Of a stretch of 16,731 bases of DNA, positions 8,020-16,731 are shown piece after piece. The stretch spans positions 1 through 16,731 of the forward strand of contig JAYENL010000330.1 of the NCBI GenBank assembly GCA_034722055.1, read 5' to 3'. The notes beneath the pieces are model-generated. The model saw only the letters and a program-made list of their open reading frames with translations. It was not told the DNA's origin and did no database searches. Source of the stretch: Armatimonadota bacterium. GTDB lineage: Bacteria > Armatimonadota > Zipacnadia > Zipacnadales > UBA5352. How positions within the stretch are numbered: the first letter of the stretch is position 1; every line of letters starts with the position of its first letter. The translations under genes and the position numbers were made by a program.

Positions 8020-11000
8020 ATGGCCCAGGAGCTACCCCGTATTCCCGAGTCCCGACCGCTGTCGTACGACCCTGCGGAGCTGCCCGACCTGATCAGCATC
8101 CAGACGGAGTCCTACCAGTGGTTCTGCCGGGAGGGGCTCAGGGAGCTGTTCGACAGCTTCAGCCCCATCGAGGACTACACGGGCAACATCGCCCTGGAGT
8201 TCCTCGACTACACCATCGGTGAGCCGTCGCGCTCGATGATCGAGTGTCGGGAGCGCGACGCCACCTACGAGGCCCCCCTGTACGCCAAGGTCCGGCTCAT
8301 CAACAAGGAGATCCCGGAGATCACCGAGTCCGAGGTCTACCTCGGCGAGCTGCCGATCATGACGGACCGGGGGAAGTTCATCATCAACGGCGCCAAGCGG
8401 GTAGTGATCAGCCAGCTCGCCCGCTCGCCGGGGGTCTACTTCTCGGACACCATCGATTCCGCCGGGCGCGTGCGGTTCTCGGCGAAGGTCATCCCCTCCG
8501 ACGGGGCATGGCTGGAGATCGACACCGCTGCCAACGGCGTCATCAGCGTCAAGCTGGGACAGACGCGCAAGTTCGCGGTCACCGCGCTGCTGCGGGCCCT
8601 GCAGTGGCTGGAGACCGAGCCCAGCGACGAGGTGCCACCGACGGGGACCGACGAGGAGATCCTGCACGCCTTCGGCGAGAAGGAGACGGCGCAGGTCAAG
8701 AGCCTCATCAAACGCATCGAGGAGCGGGAGCACGACGCCCTGCCGGGAATCGAGGCCCACGAGGAGTATTTCGCGACCCGCGACCTGGTCGATGAGGACG
8801 GGGAGATCATCGCGGAGGCGTGGGAGGCGCTGGACATCGACGCCCTCAAGACGCTCCGCGCTCTGGGCGTCGAGAAGCTGACGGTGATCCGGGCGGCCTT
8901 CGAGCTGCGGGCCACGCTGGAGGATGACGAGTCCGGCACGGCGGAGCAGGGGCTGCTGGAGGTCTACCGCAAGATCCGCCCCGGCGACCCGCCCACGGTG
9001 GAGAGCGCGGAGTCGCTGCTGCACAGCTACTTCTTCGACGTGAAGCGCTACGACCTCTCGCGGGTGGGCCGCTACAAGATCAACCGGAAGCTGGGCGTTT
9101 CGGTGGAGCCGGACGAGCGCACGCTTACCCGCGAGGACGTCGTGGCCATGGTGCGCTACCTGCTGGGGCTGTCGCGCGAGGAGGGGGAGGTGGACGACAT
9201 CGACCATCTGCAGAACAAGCGCGTCCGGGCGGTGGGCGAGCTGCTGCAGAGCCAACTGCGCACGGGCTTCATGCGCACCGAGCGGGTGGCCAAGGAGCGC
9301 ATGACGTCGATGGACCCCGAGGAGATGGTGCCGGGCAACGTCATCTCCACCAAGCCCATCTCGGCCGCGATCAACAGCTTCTTCGGCTCCGGGCAGCTCT
9401 CGCAGTTCATGGACGAGGTCAACCCGCTGGCGGAGCTGGCGCACACTCGGCGCGTCTCGGCGCTGGGGCCGGGCGGTCTGAGCAAGCAGAGCGCCAAGCT
9501 CGAGGTGCGCGACGTGCATCACTCGCACTACGGCCGCATCTGCCCGGTGCAGAGTCCGGAGGGCCAGCTCGTGGGGCTGACCGGCTACCTGGCCCTGCAC
9601 GCCCGGCTCAACGAGTTCGGCTTCATCCAGACGCCCTACCGGAAGCTGGCCGATGGCCGGGTCACCGACGAGGTGAAGTACATGACGGCGGACGAGGAGG
9701 AGGAGCACATCATCGCCTCCGCCTCGGCGCTGCGCGACGGCGACGGGAGGATCGAGGGGCCCATCACCTGCCGCTATCAGGGCGGCTTTGTCACGGTGCA
9801 GCCGGAGGCAGTGGAGTACATCGATTACTCGGCCTCGCAGGTCTTCTCGGTCTCCACGGGCCTCATCCCCTTCCTGGAGCACGACGACGCGGTGCGGGCG
9901 CTGGCGGGCTCGAACATGCAGCGGCAGGCGGTGCCGCTGATCAAGACCGAGGCCCCGTGGGTGCGCAGCGGCATGGAGGGCCGCGCCGCACGGGACTCGG
10001 GGGTGGTGGTGGTGGCCCCGAAGGACGGACGGGTGGTGGAGGCCAGCGCCGACCGCATGGTGGTGGAGTACGTTGACGGCACCACCGGGGAGTATCCGCT
10101 GGAGAACTTCATGCGGACCAACATGGGCACGTGCGTGACCCAGAAGCGGCTGGTGTCGGAGGGGGATCGGGTCAAGGCCGGCCAGCCGCTGGCCGACGGC
10201 CCGTCCACCGACCGGGGGAACCTGGCACTGGGCCGGAACCTGCGCGTGGCATTCGTGCCGTGGGAGGGCTACAACTTCGAGGACTCCATCCTCATCAGCG
10301 AGCGCCTCCTGCACGATGACGTGCTGACCTCGATTCATATCGAGAAGTACGAGTGCGAGGCCCGCGACACCAAGCTGGGCCCCGAGGAGATCACCCGGGA
10401 CATTCCCAACGTGGGCGACGACGCGCTGGCCGACCTGGATGCCACCGGGATCGTGCGGGTCGGCGCCGAGGTGCGCGCCGAGGACATCCTGGTGGGTAAG
10501 GTGGCGCCCAAGGGCAAGTCGGAGCTGACGGCGGAGGAGAAGCTGGTCATCGCCATCTTCGGCAAGAAGGCCGAGGAGATGCGCGATGTCTCGTTGCGGG
10601 TGCCTCATGGCGAGAAGGGCGTGGTTATCGACACCAAGATCTTCTCCCGGCACAAGTACGAGTGCAAGGCCTGCGGGGCGGTGCACGACTTCGGGAAGGC
10701 GCCCGAGCACGAGCGGTGTCCGCGCTGCGACGGGAAGCTGGAGAAGCTGCCCGGCGATGAGCTGAAGCCCGGCGTGAACCAGCTCGTGCGTGTCTTCGTG
10801 GCGCAGCGGCGCAAGATCATGGTGGGCGATAAGCTCACCGGCCGGCACGGGAACAAGGGCGTCATCTCCAAGATCCTGCCCGTCGAGGACATGCCCTACA
10901 CGGCCGATGGCCGGCCGGTGGACATCTGCCTCAACCCGCTGACGGTGCCGTCGCGCATGAACATCGGTCAGGTGCTGGAGACGCACCTGGGGCTTATCGC

Positions 11001-11826
11001 TGATGAGTATGGGGAGGAGTTCGTGACGCCCATCTTTGAGGGCATCACCCCTGAGCAGATCATGCGGGGCATGGAGGCGCTGTCCACCAAGCAGAGGTGC
11101 GAGGCCCTGGTGTCCTACGCTGACTGCGAGCTGAATCACTTCGGCGAGATCCTGGACGCGAATGAGCTGGATGCTGAGACGCCCGAGGAGCTGGAGGAGC
11201 AGATCGTGGAGCTGCTCTCCGAACACGACAAGGAGGACCTGGAGGAGCTGGCGGAGTGGCTGGGGGCGAGCCCCTACGCATGGAGCCGGGCGTCCGAGGA
11301 GCGGCCCTACGAGCTGATCGTGGAGGCCGCTCGGGAGAACATTGAGGCTCGGGCGCAGCTCGAGCCGGAGAGCGGCCGCACCGTCCTGTATGACGGCCGC
11401 ACCGGGGAGCCCTTCAACCAGCCGGTGACGGTGGGGTACATGTACATATTGAAGCTGCTGCAGCTCGTGGAGGACAAGATCCACGCCCGCTCCACAGGGC
11501 CCTACTCGCTGATCACCCAGCAGCCGCTGGGCGGGAAGGCCCAGTTCGGCGGCCAGCGGTTCGGGGAGATGGAGGTCTGGGCGCTGGAGGCCTACGGCGC
11601 GGCGAACTGCCTGCAGGAGATGCTGACGGTCAAGTCCGACGACGTCGCGGGGCGAGTGGCCACCTATGAGGCCATCGTCAAGGACCAGAACATGGAGGAG
11701 CCGGGAGTCCCGGAGGCCTTCAAGATCCTGGTCAACGAGATGCGGGCGCTGGCTCTGGACGTCGAGATCGAGGACCGCGAGGGCAACGCCGTGGACATTA
11801 GCTACGATACCGGCGACTTGCGGTGA
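8020..11826 (+). CDS. rpoB: DNA-directed RNA polymerase subunit beta (1268 aa)
   Basis: ATG 8020 follows AGGAGG 8005-8010. Motifs [48 protein letters not shown] and [18 protein letters not shown]. Confidence 0.99.
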   Translation: MAQELPRIPESRPLSYDPAELPDLISIQTESYQWFCREGLRELFDSFSPIEDYTGNIALEFLDYTIGEPSRSMIECRERDATYEAPLYAKVRLINKEIPEITESEVYLGELPIMTDRGKFIINGAKRVVISQLARSPGVYFSDTIDSAGRVRFSAKVIPSDGAWLEIDTAANGVISVKLGQTRKFAVTALLRALQWLETEPSDEVPPTGTDEEILHAFGEKETAQVKSLIKRIEEREHDALPGIEAHEEYFATRDLVDEDGEIIAEAWEALDIDALKTLRALGVEKLTVIRAAFELRATLEDDESGTAEQGLLEVYRKIRPGDPPTVESAESLLHSYFFDVKRYDLSRVGRYKINRKLGVSVEPDERTLTREDVVAMVRYLLGLSREEGEVDDIDHLQNKRVRAVGELLQSQLRTGFMRTERVAKERMTSMDPEEMVPGNVISTKPISAAINSFFGSGQLSQFMDEVNPLAELAHTRRVSALGPGGLSKQSAKLEVRDVHHSHYGRICPVQSPEGQLVGLTGYLALHARLNEFGFIQTPYRKLADGRVTDEVKYMTADEEEEHIIASASALRDGDGRIEGPITCRYQGGFVTVQPEAVEYIDYSASQVFSVSTGLIPFLEHDDAVRALAGSNMQRQAVPLIKTEAPWVRSGMEGRAARDSGVVVVAPKDGRVVEASADRMVVEYVDGTTGEYPLENFMRTNMGTCVTQKRLVSEGDRVKAGQPLADGPSTDRGNLALGRNLRVAFVPWEGYNFEDSILISERLLHDDVLTSIHIEKYECEARDTKLGPEEITRDIPNVGDDALADLDATGIVRVGAEVRAEDILVGKVAPKGKSELTAEEKLVIAIFGKKAEEMRDVSLRVPHGEKGVVIDTKIFSRHKYECKACGAVHDFGKAPEHERCPRCDGKLEKLPGDELKPGVNQLVRVFVAQRRKIMVGDKLTGRHGNKGVISKILPVEDMPYTADGRPVDICLNPLTVPSRMNIGQVLETHLGLIADEYGEEFVTPIFEGITPEQIMRGMEALSTKQRCEALVSYADCELNHFGEILDANELDAETPEELEEQIVELLSEHDKEDLEELAEWLGASPYAWSRASEERPYELIVEAARENIEARAQLEPESGRTVLYDGRTGEPFNQPVTVGYMYILKLLQLVEDKIHARSTGPYSLITQQPLGGKAQFGGQRFGEMEVWALEAYGAANCLQEMLTVKSDDVAGRVATYEAIVKDQNMEEPGVPEAFKILVNEMRALALDVEIEDREGNAVDISYDTGDLR

Positions 11827-11856
11827 CGAGCCGGGCCGGTGTGGCTGGCAAGCGAT

Positions 11857-11931
11857 GGCGTGCGGGCGGGGGCGCCCGCACCACGGAACGACAGACGGCA
11901 AACGGCGTGCGGACGAGGGCGTCCGCACCAC
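11857..11931 (-). repeat. Two tandem family A REP-like hairpins in the rpoB-rpoC spacer (period 47)
   Basis: Minus strand: GTGG-tgcggacg-ccct-cgtccgca-cgcc (11931-11904) and GTGG-tgcgggcg-cccc-cgcccgca-cgcc (11884-11857); same geometry and flanks as 160-187. Confidence 0.85.
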
Positions 11932-11970
11932 GCATACGGCAGCAGAAACGACATCAGGAGGCGATCGAAC

Positions 11971-16638
<4,668 letters not shown>

Positions 16639-16681
16639 CCACCCACGACACGCGCGGGGCCGCCGGGGCGCTCCGGCGGCC

Positions 16682-16720
16682 CTCTTCGCCAAACCGATTT
16701 CCAATCGGTTTGGCGAAGAG
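16682..16720. terminator. 18-bp perfect inverted repeat after rpoC (terminator or stabilising hairpin)
   Basis: CTCTTCGCCAAACCGATT-tcc-AATCGGTTTGGCGAAGAG; no U-tract follows. Confidence 0.55.
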
Positions 16721-16725
16721 AATAC

Positions 16726-16731
16726 TTGACA
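16726..16731 (+). promoter_or_regulatory. Possible -35 hexamer for the next downstream transcription unit
   Basis: TTGACA at the very end of the window; the -10 element would lie outside it. Confidence 0.3.

Noticed and set aside
11824..11849. Selenocysteine recoding of the rpoB TGA
   Set aside because: The hairpin loop is only about 12-14 nt from the UGA, closer than typical bacterial SECIS geometry, and RpoB is already complete at this point.
11839..11970. N-terminal extension of RpoC from the ORF track (also the upstream starts at 490, 3930, 5344 and 8002)
   Set aside because: SD position and homology or signal peptides favour starts at 11971, 559, 3948, 5431 and 8020.

Overview
GC-rich bacterial chromosomal window, roughly two-thirds GC by eye. 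It probably comes from a diderm Terrabacteria lineage such as Armatimonadota; this is an inference from a Terrabacteria-style RNA polymerase next to an outer-membrane porin. Left to right: (1) a ~460-bp mosaic array of three REP-like hairpin families; (2) two secreted putative carbohydrate-active proteins (DUF6259/glycoside-hydrolase-like and right-handed beta-helix); (3) a porin with a structured leader; (4) a convergent stand-alone pdxS; (5) a divergent promoter region; (6) rpoB and rpoC, separated by two more REP copies. The most notable signals are in the polymerase: an extra CxxC..CxxC motif in each large subunit, a ~50-aa non-SI3 trigger-loop insertion that loses the GLP proline, several other insertions, and substitutions at normally conserved active-site and antibiotic-pocket residues. 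The REP family also shows fully compensatory stem changes. All alignments to E. coli, Bacillus and Mycobacterium sequences were done by eye from remembered consensus and need computational confirmation.
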